DNA of 64,000 nt from Clostridiales bacterium (GCA_012799205.1 JAAZLT010000178.1:13213-77212); one strand, 5' to 3'. Counted from the stretch's first letter, positions 9,711 to 19,872 are shown. Notes: generated by a model not told the origin, from the sequence alone. Made by a program: numbers and translations.

Positions 9711-10649
9711 CTAAAGGCTCAATCCTAAGGCACTCTTTGCAAGGAATATCAAAAGCGGTATAGTTACCATGCTTATAAGGGTGGTTATCATTACAAGTTT
9801 AGATGCTAGGGTATAGTCTCTGTCAAAATTCCTAGACATTACTACAGTGGATGCAGCAGTTGGCATTGCAAATTCTAGTAATAGTACATATTTCACTATA
9901 TCATCTATGGGTAGCTTCAATATAAGGGCACCAACTATAATTGGCAGTATTATAAGTTTTGAGAGTATAACCTTTGCCATACTCTTTAGCCCCTCAGCAT
10001 CTAAGCTAAATCTGGAAAATCCAGACCCTACCATCATAAGGGCTAAGGGCATTGTAGCATCCCCTACACTAGAGAGTGCACTATCTAAAAATACAGGTAA
10101 CTTTATATTTGCAAATAATATTATAATACCTATGACTATAGCTGCCATATTGGGATTTAGCATATTGGTAAATCTCTTTTTGCCTTTGCCACCGGTCATT
10201 ATACTAACACCTGCCGACCAGAAAAATATATCTTGCATAGCAGAATATATAGAGGCATATAGTAGGCCTATTTTGCCAAACAGAGCATAACATAATGGAA
10301 AACCTAGAAAGCTAGCATTACCAAATACTATGGCAAATCTGTAGACCCTATTTGCATCTTCTATTTTGTCATCTTTCTTTATCATATATATGCTAAATAT
10401 CCATGACAATACCAATACAAACAATGTAAGAAATGTAATTATTATAATATTTTTTATAATCTGAGGATCCAAATCCAATGTCATAGCAGATATTATAAGT
10501 GCAGGCGTAGTTACATTGACTATAAGGGAAGAGATTACCCTATCGCCATGATCGTCTAATATCTTAAAACGCTTTGCTATAATTCCTGTAATTATAATTG
10601 TAAGCATTATTAAAAGTTGTATTATCACTTCACTAAAATCAATCGTCAT
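9711..10649 (-). CDS. AEC (auxin efflux carrier) family transporter
   Basis: 312 aa, ~10 TM, with the two-repeat architecture typical of AEC/malate permease-like carriers. Confidence 0.75.
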   Translation of the reverse strand: MTIDFSEVIIQLLIMLTIIITGIIAKRFKILDDHGDRVISSLIVNVTTPALIISAMTLDLDPQIIKNIIIITFLTLFVLVLSWIFSIYMIKKDDKIEDANRVYRFAIVFGNASFLGFPLCYALFGKIGLLYASIYSAMQDIFFWSAGVSIMTGGKGKKRFTNMLNPNMAAIVIGIIILFANIKLPVFLDSALSSVGDATMPLALMMVGSGFSRFSLDAEGLKSMAKVILSKLIILPIIVGALILKLPIDDIVKYVLLLEFAMPTAASTVVMSRNFDRDYTLASKLVMITTLISMVTIPLLIFLAKSALGLSL

Positions 10650-10711
10650 AAAGAATCTCCTTTATACTTTTCTCATATATATAGATACATATTATATCAT
10701 AGAGAGGAAAG

Positions 10712-10762
10712 CTTTTACAAAATAGCCCCTGGACTAACATCTTAGATATTAATCCAGGGGCT
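10712..10762 (-). terminator. Intrinsic terminator after the NagB-like gene
   Basis: Minus RNA AGCCCCUGGA-N19-UCCAGGGGCU followed by AUUUUGUAAAA. Confidence 0.6.
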
Positions 10763-10788
10763 ATAGGTTTAATCTCTTATAATTTTGT

Positions 10789-11559
10789 TTAAATTATATA
10801 TTTTGCACTATCTGGATCTGCATAGAGTATGGCCCTATCATGTCTTCTAAGTATTGTAGCGGGACAATCCTCTGTAATTGGACCCTCTACAGTGTCTCTT
10901 ATGGCATTTGCCTTACTTGGTGCAGGAACTATGCAATATGCATACTCCGCCGCCATAAGGGCTGGTATTGTAAGTGTTATAGCATGAGTTGGCACATCAT
11001 CTATTCTATCAAAACACCCATCATTTACCTGTTGCGTTCTACAGGCCATGTCTAAATCTACTACTTTGACCCATTTTTCATCATCAAAAAATGCCACATG
11101 AGGGTCGTTAAATGCAATATGCCCATTTTCTCCTATGCCCATGCATGCAATATCTATGGGGTTCTCCTTTAAGAGGTTTGTATATCTTTCACATTCGGCC
11201 TCAGGATCTTCTACATTCCCGTTTATATAATAAATGGCTTTAAATGATACCTTATCAAATATGTTTTCCTTTAAATAGTTTCCAAATCTTTGGGGTGCAT
11301 CATCGCTAAGGCCTATGTACTCGTCCATATGAAAGGCATTTATCCTTCCCCAATCAATATCCTTATCAGCTAGTAGTGATGCTATAAAATCACTTTGAGA
11401 GGGCGCTGCAGCAAAAAGCATATTTATTTCTTCTCTTTCATTTAGAAGCTCCTTTATCTTTGGCCCTACATCATTAGCTGAACCCTTTCCCATCTCTTCT
11501 CTAGAGCTATATACCTTCACCTTTAGCTTATCGACTATTAACTCTTTAATAATAGACAT
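10789..11559 (-). CDS. Glucosamine-6-phosphate deaminase / 6-phosphogluconolactonase family protein
   Basis: 256 aa. MLFAAAPSQSDF...IDWGRINAFHMDEYIGL...GIGENGHIAFNDP is the NagB/Pgl fold signature. Confidence 0.8.
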   Translation of the reverse strand: MSIIKELIVDKLKVKVYSSREEMGKGSANDVGPKIKELLNEREEINMLFAAAPSQSDFIASLLADKDIDWGRINAFHMDEYIGLSDDAPQRFGNYLKENIFDKVSFKAIYYINGNVEDPEAECERYTNLLKENPIDIACMGIGENGHIAFNDPHVAFFDDEKWVKVVDLDMACRTQQVNDGCFDRIDDVPTHAITLTIPALMAAEYAYCIVPAPSKANAIRDTVEGPITEDCPATILRRHDRAILYADPDSAKYII

Positions 11560-11585
11560 GTTCCTGCCTCCTGTATTAAAATTAA

Positions 11586-12533
11586 TTACCTTTTCCTTAA
11601 TTCTAACATACGTACAAGGTTTTGTGTAGCCTGCTCTACCATTCTCTCTGTACTCTCTCTTGTATATGCACCTGTGTGAGGTGTCAAAACAAAGTTTGGC
11701 AGATCCAAAAGCTTATGTTTACCTGCCGGTTCTTTAGAAAATACATCCTGGGCAGCCCCTGCGATTGTTTTCCCTATCAGAGCTTTATATAGAGCCTCTT
11801 CATCAACTAGCTCTCCTCTTGATGTATTTATAAGATAGGCTGTAGTTTTCATAATAGATAAAGTATCTTCGTCTATAATATGCCTTGTTTCATCTGTAAG
11901 GGGACAGTGAAGGGAGATGAAATCAGCTGTTTTAAATAACTCATCTAATTCTACCATAGATATATCATATGTTCTTATAACGTCTTTATCCTTGAGATAG
12001 GGATCAAATGCAATTACATCCATACCTATGCCCTTTACCATTTTTGCAACTTCCTTGCCTATTGCTCCTAAGCCCACTATACCTGCTGTCTTACCCCTTA
12101 GTTCGCATCCTGCAACCTTAGCTCTCTCCCAAATGCCCCTCTTTACATTTATAGCAGTAGGCACTATATCCCTAGCTATTGTAAACATAAGTCCTACTGC
12201 AAGCTCTGCCACGGAAAGCGCATTGGCATTTGCAGCCCTATCTACCTCTATATTAAGCTTTTTAGTCATATCCAAATCTATATTATCTAGGCCTGCACCA
12301 TACTTAGATATGGCCTTGAGCCTTTTTGCCCCCTTTAGCACCTTTACGCTCATAGGGTCTATACCAACTATTACTCCATCTATATCGCTACAAAGCTTAG
12401 CCATATTTTCCTCCGACAAAGTCTTACCCGTAGTATTTTCAACTATCTCTATCTGCTCGTAATTTGCCAGTATGTTATCAGCTACATGCCTTGCCTTAGA
12501 AAATGAACGGGGAGTTATGAGTATTTTCTTCAT
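11586..12533 (-). CDS. D-isomer-specific 2-hydroxyacid dehydrogenase (phosphoglycerate dehydrogenase-like)
   Basis: NAD-binding motif GIVGLGAIGKEVAKM. Catalytic-region pattern LINTSRGELVDEEAL...DVF..EP...TPHTGA. Confidence 0.85.
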   Translation of the reverse strand: MKKILITPRSFSKARHVADNILANYEQIEIVENTTGKTLSEENMAKLCSDIDGVIVGIDPMSVKVLKGAKRLKAISKYGAGLDNIDLDMTKKLNIEVDRAANANALSVAELAVGLMFTIARDIVPTAINVKRGIWERAKVAGCELRGKTAGIVGLGAIGKEVAKMVKGIGMDVIAFDPYLKDKDVIRTYDISMVELDELFKTADFISLHCPLTDETRHIIDEDTLSIMKTTAYLINTSRGELVDEEALYKALIGKTIAGAAQDVFSKEPAGKHKLLDLPNFVLTPHTGAYTRESTERMVEQATQNLVRMLELRKR

Positions 12534-12551
12534 ATCAATACCTCCTAAGAC

Positions 12552-13745
12552 CTACTTAGCTACATGCATGGTAAGTGCACCTGTAGGACAAAGTGATACA
12601 CATATTCCACAGCCTAAGCATTTATCCGGATATACCACTGCCTTCTTATCTATCATCTCAATGGCGTCACAATGGGCTGGTTTTGCACATATAGTACATC
12701 CATTACATTTGTCCACATCAACTACCGGCCACCCATCAAGCGCTTCTAATTTGCTAGAGGATCTCAAGTATTGTAATGATTTGCCGATGAAATCATAGTA
12801 GCTACCATATCCCATCTTTTTAAGATAATCTTCCATGCCCCTTACTTGCCTTTGTATTACCTCCCAGCCATACCACATTGCTGCGGTACATACAGTCACA
12901 AGATGTGCTCCCCACATCATCATCATGATGCAGTCCTCAGCACTTTCAAGGCCGCCTCCTCCAACTATTGGTATATTGGTCTTTTTAGCTATATTGGCCA
13001 CATGTGAAAAGCACATAAGTTTTGTAGATGGGCCACCTAGGCTTCCATGGGAGACTCCATTTAGTAGATAATATTTAGGTCTTCCCTCATCATATATATC
13101 CACAAGTGGCAGTGATGTCTGGGCCCCTGCCAAACATACAGCATCGGCCCCACCCCTTTCTGCCGCCCTTGCCGTCACGCCAATATCGTCTACATTTGGA
13201 GTGAGCTTTACAACTACCGGTATATCCACGCTTTCTTTTAATGTCCTAGTTATGGCCTCTATTCTCTCAGGATTTTGCCCCGTAACTGCGCCTCCTTGCT
13301 CTGAGCCGCTTAGGGACTCTTCGCCAGCTATATTCTTAGTAGAAAGCCCTACATTTGGGCAGACCATATTGGCCTCTATTAAATCCGCGCCGGCATTTTC
13401 ATGGGCCTTTGCAAGGTATGCCCATCCATCTAGGTCATAGTCATCATTTGTAATATTTGCAAATAATATAAGATCGGTTCTTTTCTTGCCCTCGTCTATA
13501 AGCTTCAAGCTCTCATCCATGTCTTTTCGTCTATCGTAGCAAATTATGCTAGAGTTTCTCCTATAGGTATGCATCCTAAGTTTTCCGTAAAAGGGCTGTT
13601 TTATAAATGCAAGCTTAGTGCTAGCTGCAGCAGCTCCGTGTCTATCGGCCTCTATTAGCCATTCTATCTTACTTGTAAGAGGGCTAGATGCTATTACCAT
13701 AGGATTTTTAAAATTTACCCCGCAAAACTTTATCATATGCCCCAT
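12552..13745 (-). CDS. Dihydroorotate/dihydropyrimidine dehydrogenase-like flavoprotein with C-terminal 2x[4Fe-4S] ferredoxin domain (PreA-like)
   Basis: TIM-barrel DHOD-like body (IEANMVCPN, VVVKLTPN, IVGGGG) plus CNGCTICAKPAHC and CLGCGICVSLCP cysteine motifs. Confidence 0.75.
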   Translation of the reverse strand: MGHMIKFCGVNFKNPMVIASSPLTSKIEWLIEADRHGAAAASTKLAFIKQPFYGKLRMHTYRRNSSIICYDRRKDMDESLKLIDEGKKRTDLILFANITNDDYDLDGWAYLAKAHENAGADLIEANMVCPNVGLSTKNIAGEESLSGSEQGGAVTGQNPERIEAITRTLKESVDIPVVVKLTPNVDDIGVTARAAERGGADAVCLAGAQTSLPLVDIYDEGRPKYYLLNGVSHGSLGGPSTKLMCFSHVANIAKKTNIPIVGGGGLESAEDCIMMMMWGAHLVTVCTAAMWYGWEVIQRQVRGMEDYLKKMGYGSYYDFIGKSLQYLRSSSKLEALDGWPVVDVDKCNGCTICAKPAHCDAIEMIDKKAVVYPDKCLGCGICVSLCPTGALTMHVAK

Positions 13746-13797
13746 CTCCTTATATAGACCTACATGATACTTATTTGGCTACATCAAAGGTCTTATT

Positions 13798-14871
13798 TTA
13801 AAGCCTATCATTGACTATTCTCTTGCCCTCTCTTGCCGATTCGTATGCAAGATTTATAACCCTCAATGTCTCTAACCCATCTATTCCCCTAAGGCCCACC
13901 ATGGCCTCTTTATCCTCTATTATGCATTCCATAAAATGTCTTATCTCATCTACATAGCCTAGATTATACTTCTCATCTACAGCCGGACGGGACCAACCAG
14001 TTGTAATTTCAGCCTTTTCAACGCTATACTCTACACCTGGTATGGAGAAGCATTTTACCGGGGATGACATGGTCAGATCTATCTGTATACGCCCCTTCGT
14101 TCCATAAAAATCTATAATATCCTCCATGCCGCCAAAGGTTATATAATGCGCCTCTACCATAGCCCTAGTACCATCCTCAAATTTTAATGTACACATGGCC
14201 CAATCTTCGCCCTCTAAGCCCTTATGTAGCATATTAGCATCTTCACCGCCTGATGTTACTGCGCTAAGCTCTGTCCATCTGTTTTCTTTGAGCGAGAGCA
14301 CATATGCAAGTGGATGAGTCCCTAGATGTATAAGGCTTCCTCCGCCGCAATACTCTATTGTCTGAGCAAATGGCGAATGTGAGCCACTATGACATTCCCT
14401 GGCCCTTATGTAGAGTAGATCACCTATGGCGCCCTCATCTATTATCTCCTTAGCCCTTATAAGGGCCGGGGCAAATATCCAATCCTCCGCATAATAGACC
14501 CTCTTTCCTGCTTTTTCCGCCTCTTTTAATATCTTCTTACCGTATTCTAATTTAGTTGCTAAAGGCTTTTCTACTATTACATGACGGCCCCTTTGAAGCG
14601 CCTCTATGGCTACCTCATGGTGCAAAAAGTTTGGCAGGCATATATCCACCACATCGCAGCTTACATTTTCAATAGCTTCGCTGTAGTCTGTATATACCTC
14701 GTACTCTTCAAGACCATATTCTCTTGCCAAAGCCCTTACCTTAGATTCATCCTTATCGCAGATTGCTACAACTTTGGCAATATCTTTGCACCTGTCATAA
14801 CCTGTCATATGGAGATCTCCGGCAAATGCGGCTCCTACTATTAATACCTTTACCTTCTTTCCATTTTCCAT
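13798..14871 (-). CDS. Gfo/Idh/MocA family oxidoreductase
   Basis: N-terminal Rossmann VKVLIVGAAFAGDLH and EKPLA motif (VIVEKPLATK). 357 aa. Confidence 0.85.
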   Translation of the reverse strand: MENGKKVKVLIVGAAFAGDLHMTGYDRCKDIAKVVAICDKDESKVRALAREYGLEEYEVYTDYSEAIENVSCDVVDICLPNFLHHEVAIEALQRGRHVIVEKPLATKLEYGKKILKEAEKAGKRVYYAEDWIFAPALIRAKEIIDEGAIGDLLYIRARECHSGSHSPFAQTIEYCGGGSLIHLGTHPLAYVLSLKENRWTELSAVTSGGEDANMLHKGLEGEDWAMCTLKFEDGTRAMVEAHYITFGGMEDIIDFYGTKGRIQIDLTMSSPVKCFSIPGVEYSVEKAEITTGWSRPAVDEKYNLGYVDEIRHFMECIIEDKEAMVGLRGIDGLETLRVINLAYESAREGKRIVNDRL

Positions 14872-14949
14872 GGTATCCCCTCCAAGAAATGATAACTTAC
14901 ATTGGGTAAATAACCGTTTAGTTACTTAGCATTATATAGTAATATCCTA

Positions 14950-16542
14950 TCAATTGCAACTAGAATATACAGTCCTTCCACCTACTATTGTATGGACTGA
15001 TGTAATATTTGGTATCTCCTCTAATGGGCATGTAAAATAGTCTTTAGATAGGACTGAAAAATCAGCAAGCTTTCCAGCCTCTAGACTCCCCTTTACATCT
15101 TCATCAAATGTCACATATGAGGCTTTAGATGTATAAAATTTAAGTGCCTCATCTCTATCAACGCTATACTCCTCCCCTATTATATGCCCATCCATGGTTT
15201 TTGCAGTTATCATATTATACATCCCCCAAAATGGATTATAGGGGTTTTGTGATAGCAGAGAATCATATTTTACCATATGGTCACTTCCAGCTGCTGCGGC
15301 TATATTAAAATCTATATATTTTTTATACGGAAGGAAATTTTGAAATGTCTCCTCATCTAAGACCTTTTTTAATATGTATGCATCTTTAAAATGCCATGCA
15401 GGTTGAAACAATAGTGAAAGGCCTAATTTCTTTATAGCTATAAGTGCACTATCATCTGTAAAATCTCCATGTATTATAGAAAACCTTCTACCTCTTATAT
15501 CATTTGTCTGTTGATAATTGCTATAGCTTTTAAGTAATATATCAAGAGCACCATCTCCAATACAATGGGCCGTCATTTGATATCCTTTTTTATATGCTAT
15601 ATCTATAAATTTCTCTATAGAAACTGTATCATAGTTAATAAGCCCTTTAAAGCCCTCGTCTATTTCAAATATATCTATATTATCTATATATGGATTTCGC
15701 ATGTAGGAGGTGCCAGTAAGGATGCCCCCATCTAAGGTGATCTTTAAAAAGTCTAGCCTCCCCCATTTCTTTGGGATTTTAATAAAAGATTCTAATCTTT
15801 TTATATTCTCTACGGTATTTTCTTTATTCTCGGTCACATGTGTAAAGGATAGTCTTATATCTAATTGATCTTCATAATAGAGTTCATTTATAGCCTTTAT
15901 GCCTATATCGCTGGATGATCCGTCTATAATACTTGTTATTCCAAATGCATTATATTTTCTTTGTATGTTTTTAATACCTTCTTTATGATCCTTCAAATCG
16001 AACTTTCTACTTACTATACTCTTTCTAACCTTATCTATAATCTTTCCTATAGATGCTTCCCTCTCAAGCCCTATATGTTTTAGGGCATAGCTATTCACCC
16101 TTCCTGCATAGGCCCCGTCTATAAATACCGGATGATTAGGTGATACTCTATCTAGTTCTTCTATTGTTGGGTATCTGTATTCCTTTAATCTAGTAGGGTA
16201 TATATTTTTTAGATGTATCCACTCCCCTTTTGGAATCTCTCTCGCCTTTTTGTCTACATAGCTTAAAAGCTCCTCTATAGATCTTGGCACAAAAAGCTTT
16301 TCATATAATTCACTTACTCCAGCCCAAAATATATGTGCATGGGTATCTATTATGCCAGGTATTATAGCTTTTCCTTTAAGATCATATACATTGGTTCTAT
16401 CTCCCTTAAGCTTTAATATTTCCCCACTACTGCCTACTTTTAATATGCTATCTTCCTTTATGGCCAACGCCTCTACAACCCTATAATCTTTATCCATTGT
16501 ATGAATCCGCCCATTAAAAAATATTTTGTCTGCATATTTCAT
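14950..16542 (-). CDS. Amidohydrolase (amidohydrolase-3 / YtcJ-like metal-dependent hydrolase)
   Basis: 530 aa. HxH motif GIIDTHAHIF, internal MTAHCIGDGA, C-terminal GSDH and GKLADFSVL. Confidence 0.8.
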   Translation of the reverse strand: MKYADKIFFNGRIHTMDKDYRVVEALAIKEDSILKVGSSGEILKLKGDRTNVYDLKGKAIIPGIIDTHAHIFWAGVSELYEKLFVPRSIEELLSYVDKKAREIPKGEWIHLKNIYPTRLKEYRYPTIEELDRVSPNHPVFIDGAYAGRVNSYALKHIGLEREASIGKIIDKVRKSIVSRKFDLKDHKEGIKNIQRKYNAFGITSIIDGSSSDIGIKAINELYYEDQLDIRLSFTHVTENKENTVENIKRLESFIKIPKKWGRLDFLKITLDGGILTGTSYMRNPYIDNIDIFEIDEGFKGLINYDTVSIEKFIDIAYKKGYQMTAHCIGDGALDILLKSYSNYQQTNDIRGRRFSIIHGDFTDDSALIAIKKLGLSLLFQPAWHFKDAYILKKVLDEETFQNFLPYKKYIDFNIAAAAGSDHMVKYDSLLSQNPYNPFWGMYNMITAKTMDGHIIGEEYSVDRDEALKFYTSKASYVTFDEDVKGSLEAGKLADFSVLSKDYFTCPLEEIPNITSVHTIVGGRTVYSSCN

Positions 16543-16606
16543 ATATAGCCCCCCATATAAATATCTTTATATCAATTATACAATACTTAAGCCGAACTTT
16601 ACCAAA

Positions 16607-16644
16607 ATACAAAAATAATCACAGGACCTACATCCTGTGATTAT
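16607..16644 (-). terminator. Intrinsic terminator after leuA
   Basis: Minus RNA AUAAUCACAGGA-UGUAGG-UCCUGUGAUUAU followed by UUUUGUAUUUU. Confidence 0.7.
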
Positions 16645-16654
16645 CCCTTTTTCT

Positions 16655-18232
16655 TTATATATTCTCTGCCTTAGGGATTATACTCTCTGCTATAATACTG
16701 TTTATAGCATTTATATAGGCATAGGCGCTAGATCTTAGTATATTTGTATCAAAGGCCTTAGCTATAAACTTTTCCCCTTCATATTCTACCTGAATCTGCA
16801 CTTTACCTAAAGCTTCCTTCCCTCTAGATACGCTTCTAATATCGTATTGGATGAGTTTTATATCTAAATCACATACATCTATAATTGCAGAATATAGTGC
16901 ATCTATAGGCCCAGATCCAACCGCATTGCCCTTCATAAACTGATCACCCTTTTTAAGTTCTACACTGGCCGAAGGAAACTTTGTATTATCTATTACCTGA
17001 AGATCAAGTAGCTCATAGAAGTAATCACTATAGGAATTGGCCTTTTCACCTTCTTTATGCCGCTTTTTATAATAGTTTTCTACAATTACATATAGATCAT
17101 GGCTATAAACTTCCTTTTTCACATCTGCAAGTTCTAAAAAGCTTTCAAATACCTCTTCAAACTCCGCATCTTCAAACTGGTTTATGCCAAGTCTCTCAAA
17201 TGCTGCCCTTACAGCATGTCGACCGGAGCGGGCTGTAAGCACAAGCTCCATATCCTCTAGTCCAATGTCTTTTGGATCTATTATCTCATATGTGTCCCTG
17301 GATTTTAATAGCCCATCTTGATGTATACCAGATGAATGTGCAAATGCATTCTCGCCCGTTATAGCCTTATTAACCTGCACATCTAGACCCATAAACTCAC
17401 TTACCATCCTAGATGTATTCATTATCTCTCTAGTTACTATATCTGTATGGGCGTTATAAGCGTCTGGCCGCGTCTTTATGGCCATTACTACTTCCTCTAA
17501 AGATGCATTCCCCGCTCTTTCACCTATCCCGTTTATAGTGCACTCTACCTTATTGGCACCATTTTTCACAGCGGCCAAGGTATTTGCCGTAGCCATTCCC
17601 AAATCATTATGACAGTGAACACTTAGTATAACGCTATCATTTAGGTTTCTTAGACGCTCGTTTATCCTATATATAAGATGGCCAAATTCTTCTGGATCAG
17701 CATATCCCACAGTGTCTGGAACATTTATCATAGTAGCCCCTGCCTTAACCACAGCTTCTATAGTTGACCAAAGATATTCAAAATCGGACCTAGATGCATC
17801 CTCTGTAGAGTATTGGACATCTGGCAGGAGAGTTTTAGCATATTTAACTGCCTCTACCCCAATATCCAATATCTGATCCTTAGATTTCCCAAATTTCTTC
17901 TCCACATGTACATTTGAGGTTCCAAGTACCATATGAATAAGCGGACGTTTTGCATACTTTATACTATTATATACTGCATCTATATCGGATTTTACTGCTC
18001 TGGCTAGCGCTGTAATCATAATATCATCTGTATTCCCCACTTTTTTTGCAACTTCTTTAACAGAGTTAAAATCGCCTGCTGACGAGGAGGGGAAGCCGGC
18101 TTCGATTATATCAACTTTAAGCCTTTTAAGCTGTCTTGCAATACCAAGTTTTTCTCGCAGATTTAGCTTCGCCCCTGGAACCTGTTCTCCATCTCTCAAA
18201 GTCGTATCAAATACCCAGATCTTTCTAGTCAT
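16655..18232 (-). CDS. leuA: 2-isopropylmalate synthase (LeuA/CimA family, with C-terminal LeuA-dimer regulatory domain)
   Basis: IWVFDTTLRDGEQ, HCHNDLGMATAN, ~525 aa. I prefer the ATG at 18232 (GGAGG 10 nt upstream) over the track GTG at 18241. The Leu-specific T-box upstream supports leuA over cimA. Confidence 0.85.
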   Translation of the reverse strand: MTRKIWVFDTTLRDGEQVPGAKLNLREKLGIARQLKRLKVDIIEAGFPSSSAGDFNSVKEVAKKVGNTDDIMITALARAVKSDIDAVYNSIKYAKRPLIHMVLGTSNVHVEKKFGKSKDQILDIGVEAVKYAKTLLPDVQYSTEDASRSDFEYLWSTIEAVVKAGATMINVPDTVGYADPEEFGHLIYRINERLRNLNDSVILSVHCHNDLGMATANTLAAVKNGANKVECTINGIGERAGNASLEEVVMAIKTRPDAYNAHTDIVTREIMNTSRMVSEFMGLDVQVNKAITGENAFAHSSGIHQDGLLKSRDTYEIIDPKDIGLEDMELVLTARSGRHAVRAAFERLGINQFEDAEFEEVFESFLELADVKKEVYSHDLYVIVENYYKKRHKEGEKANSYSDYFYELLDLQVIDNTKFPSASVELKKGDQFMKGNAVGSGPIDALYSAIIDVCDLDIKLIQYDIRSVSRGKEALGKVQIQVEYEGEKFIAKAFDTNILRSSAYAYINAINSIIAESIIPKAENI

Positions 18233-18261
18233 ACAAAACACTCCTCCATTTTTTATTTAAA

Positions 18262-18530
18262 ATATAAAATAAGCCCCGTCTCTATATAAAATATAGAGAC
18301 GGGGCATTACCCGCGTTACCACTCTAATTAGCTAATTTCAATAATTAACTCCCTCAATTCGGCGGCCAACACCACCTATCCTTATAACGATGGAATTTCG
18401 ACATCCCCTACTACAAGTTTTTCAGGGAGTAGCTCTTGGATGAGTTCAAAGGATATAACTTCCGATTTTCACCAACCATCGGCTCTCTAATTAAGATTAT
18501 ATGCCTCCTACTACTTCCAATCAACGCTCT
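18262..18530 (-). promoter_or_regulatory. T-box riboswitch leader, probable Leu (CUC) specifier, with terminator/antiterminator
   Basis: The minus strand has the stem I elements AGAGAG...UGGUGAAAA and a specifier-loop-like GAA-CUC-A. The T-box sequence AAUUAGAGUGGUAACGCGGG is the complement of 18311-18330. The terminator GCCCCGUCUCUAUAU/AUAUAGAGACGGGGC (18272-18305) is followed by a U-rich tail. Confidence 0.85.
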
Positions 18531-18550
18531 TTTATGTGTAATTAAAAATA

Positions 18551-18579
18551 ACCATATATCAACTTATTTGATTTGTCAA
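18551..18579 (-). promoter_or_regulatory. Putative sigma-A promoter of the T-box/leuA transcript
   Basis: Minus strand TTGACA-17 nt-TATGGT immediately upstream of the leader. Confidence 0.45.
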
Positions 18580-18623
18580 GTATAATTTTTAATTTTGTGT
18601 TGTTAAATTTATTTTTTCTATTC

Positions 18624-18652
18624 TTGCCTGCCATAGAGATGTGGTATATAAT
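18624..18652 (+). promoter_or_regulatory. Putative sigma-A promoter of the Ldh_2-family gene
   Basis: TTGCCT-17 nt-TATAAT, ~45 nt upstream of RBS GGAGGAGG and the ATG at 18698. Confidence 0.5.
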
Positions 18653-18697
18653 TATACAGTGATGTAAGCGATAAATTAAGCGGAGGAGGAAATACAT

Positions 18698-19822
18698 ATG
18701 AAACCACTAGATGAGAATGTCACATGGGTTGATTTTAAGCTATTAGAAGATTTTATGACGGATGTCTTTAAAGGACTAGGAGTCCCGGAAGATGAAGCAA
18801 AGATCTGCTCTGATATACTTATTACTGCAGATAAACACGGCATAGACTCTCATGGAGTGAGCAGATTAAAGCCTATATATTATGACAGAATAAACTTAGG
18901 TATACAAAATCCTATATCAAAGTTTGAAATAATCAAGGAAGGGCCTACCACTGCTGTAGTAGATGGACATGATGGCATGGGAAAGGTTATTTCTAAAAAA
19001 GCAATGGATCTTGCCATTGAAAAGGCTAAAAAGTACGGCCTTGGCATGGTGGCTGTTAGAAACTCTACACATTACGGCATAGCAGGTTATTATCCATTAA
19101 TGGCTATAGAAGAAGGTATGATAGGAATTACAGGTACTAATGCTAGACCCTCTATTGCCCCCACATTTGGAGTTCAAAATATGCTTGGCACTAATCCTTT
19201 AACATTTGGAATGCCAACAGATGAAGAATTTCCCTTTATAATTGACTGCTCTACAGCAGTTACCCAAAGAGGAAAAATCGAAGTATATGCTAGAGTAAAT
19301 AAAGATGTGCCTGAAGGATGGGTCATTGGCGATGATGGCAAGGCTAAGACAGATAGTAACCAAATACTGGAGGACCTAGTAGCCGGCACTGCTGCTTTAG
19401 TTCCACTAGGCGGTATGGGTGAAGAGACTAGTGGCTACAAGGGTTATGGATATGCTACGGTAGTTGAAATCCTATCAGCTGCACTGCAAGATGGAAGCTT
19501 CCTACATGATCTATCTGGTGTGGATGAAGACGGCAATAGAGTGCCCTATAGATTAGGACATTTCTTTATAGCCATAGACACAAATGCATTCTTAGGTGAG
19601 GATATATTTAAAAAAGTAGCAGGCAATATTGTTAGAGAGCTTAGAGCTTCTAAAAAGGCACCTGGTCAAGATAGAATCTATACTGCCTGGGAAAAAGAGT
19701 ATTTAGAATGGCAATATAGAAAGGATAAAGGCGTACCTATAAATAAATCCATTGCAGATGAGCTTATACAGGTTAGAGACGAGTTAGGCTTAGATAATTA
19801 TAAATTCCCCTTTGAAGATTAA
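18698..19822 (+). CDS. Ldh_2 family (malate/L-lactate/ureidoglycolate dehydrogenase type 2) oxidoreductase
   Basis: 374 aa. HGIDSHGVSRL, VRNSTHYGIAGYY and GTNPLTFGMP are characteristic of the type-2 Mdh/Ldh family. Confidence 0.8.
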   Translation: MKPLDENVTWVDFKLLEDFMTDVFKGLGVPEDEAKICSDILITADKHGIDSHGVSRLKPIYYDRINLGIQNPISKFEIIKEGPTTAVVDGHDGMGKVISKKAMDLAIEKAKKYGLGMVAVRNSTHYGIAGYYPLMAIEEGMIGITGTNARPSIAPTFGVQNMLGTNPLTFGMPTDEEFPFIIDCSTAVTQRGKIEVYARVNKDVPEGWVIGDDGKAKTDSNQILEDLVAGTAALVPLGGMGEETSGYKGYGYATVVEILSAALQDGSFLHDLSGVDEDGNRVPYRLGHFFIAIDTNAFLGEDIFKKVAGNIVRELRASKKAPGQDRIYTAWEKEYLEWQYRKDKGVPINKSIADELIQVRDELGLDNYKFPFED

Positions 19823-19825
19823 TAT

Positions 19826-19866
19826 AAAAAGCCCCATATAGATAATAATTTATATGGGGTCTTTTT
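19826..19866. terminator. Bidirectional intrinsic terminator between convergent genes
   Basis: AAAAAGCCCCATATA-N10-TATATGGGGTCTTTTT has an A-run and a T-run flanking a 10-bp stem. Confidence 0.8.
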
Positions 19867-19872
19867 CTATGT

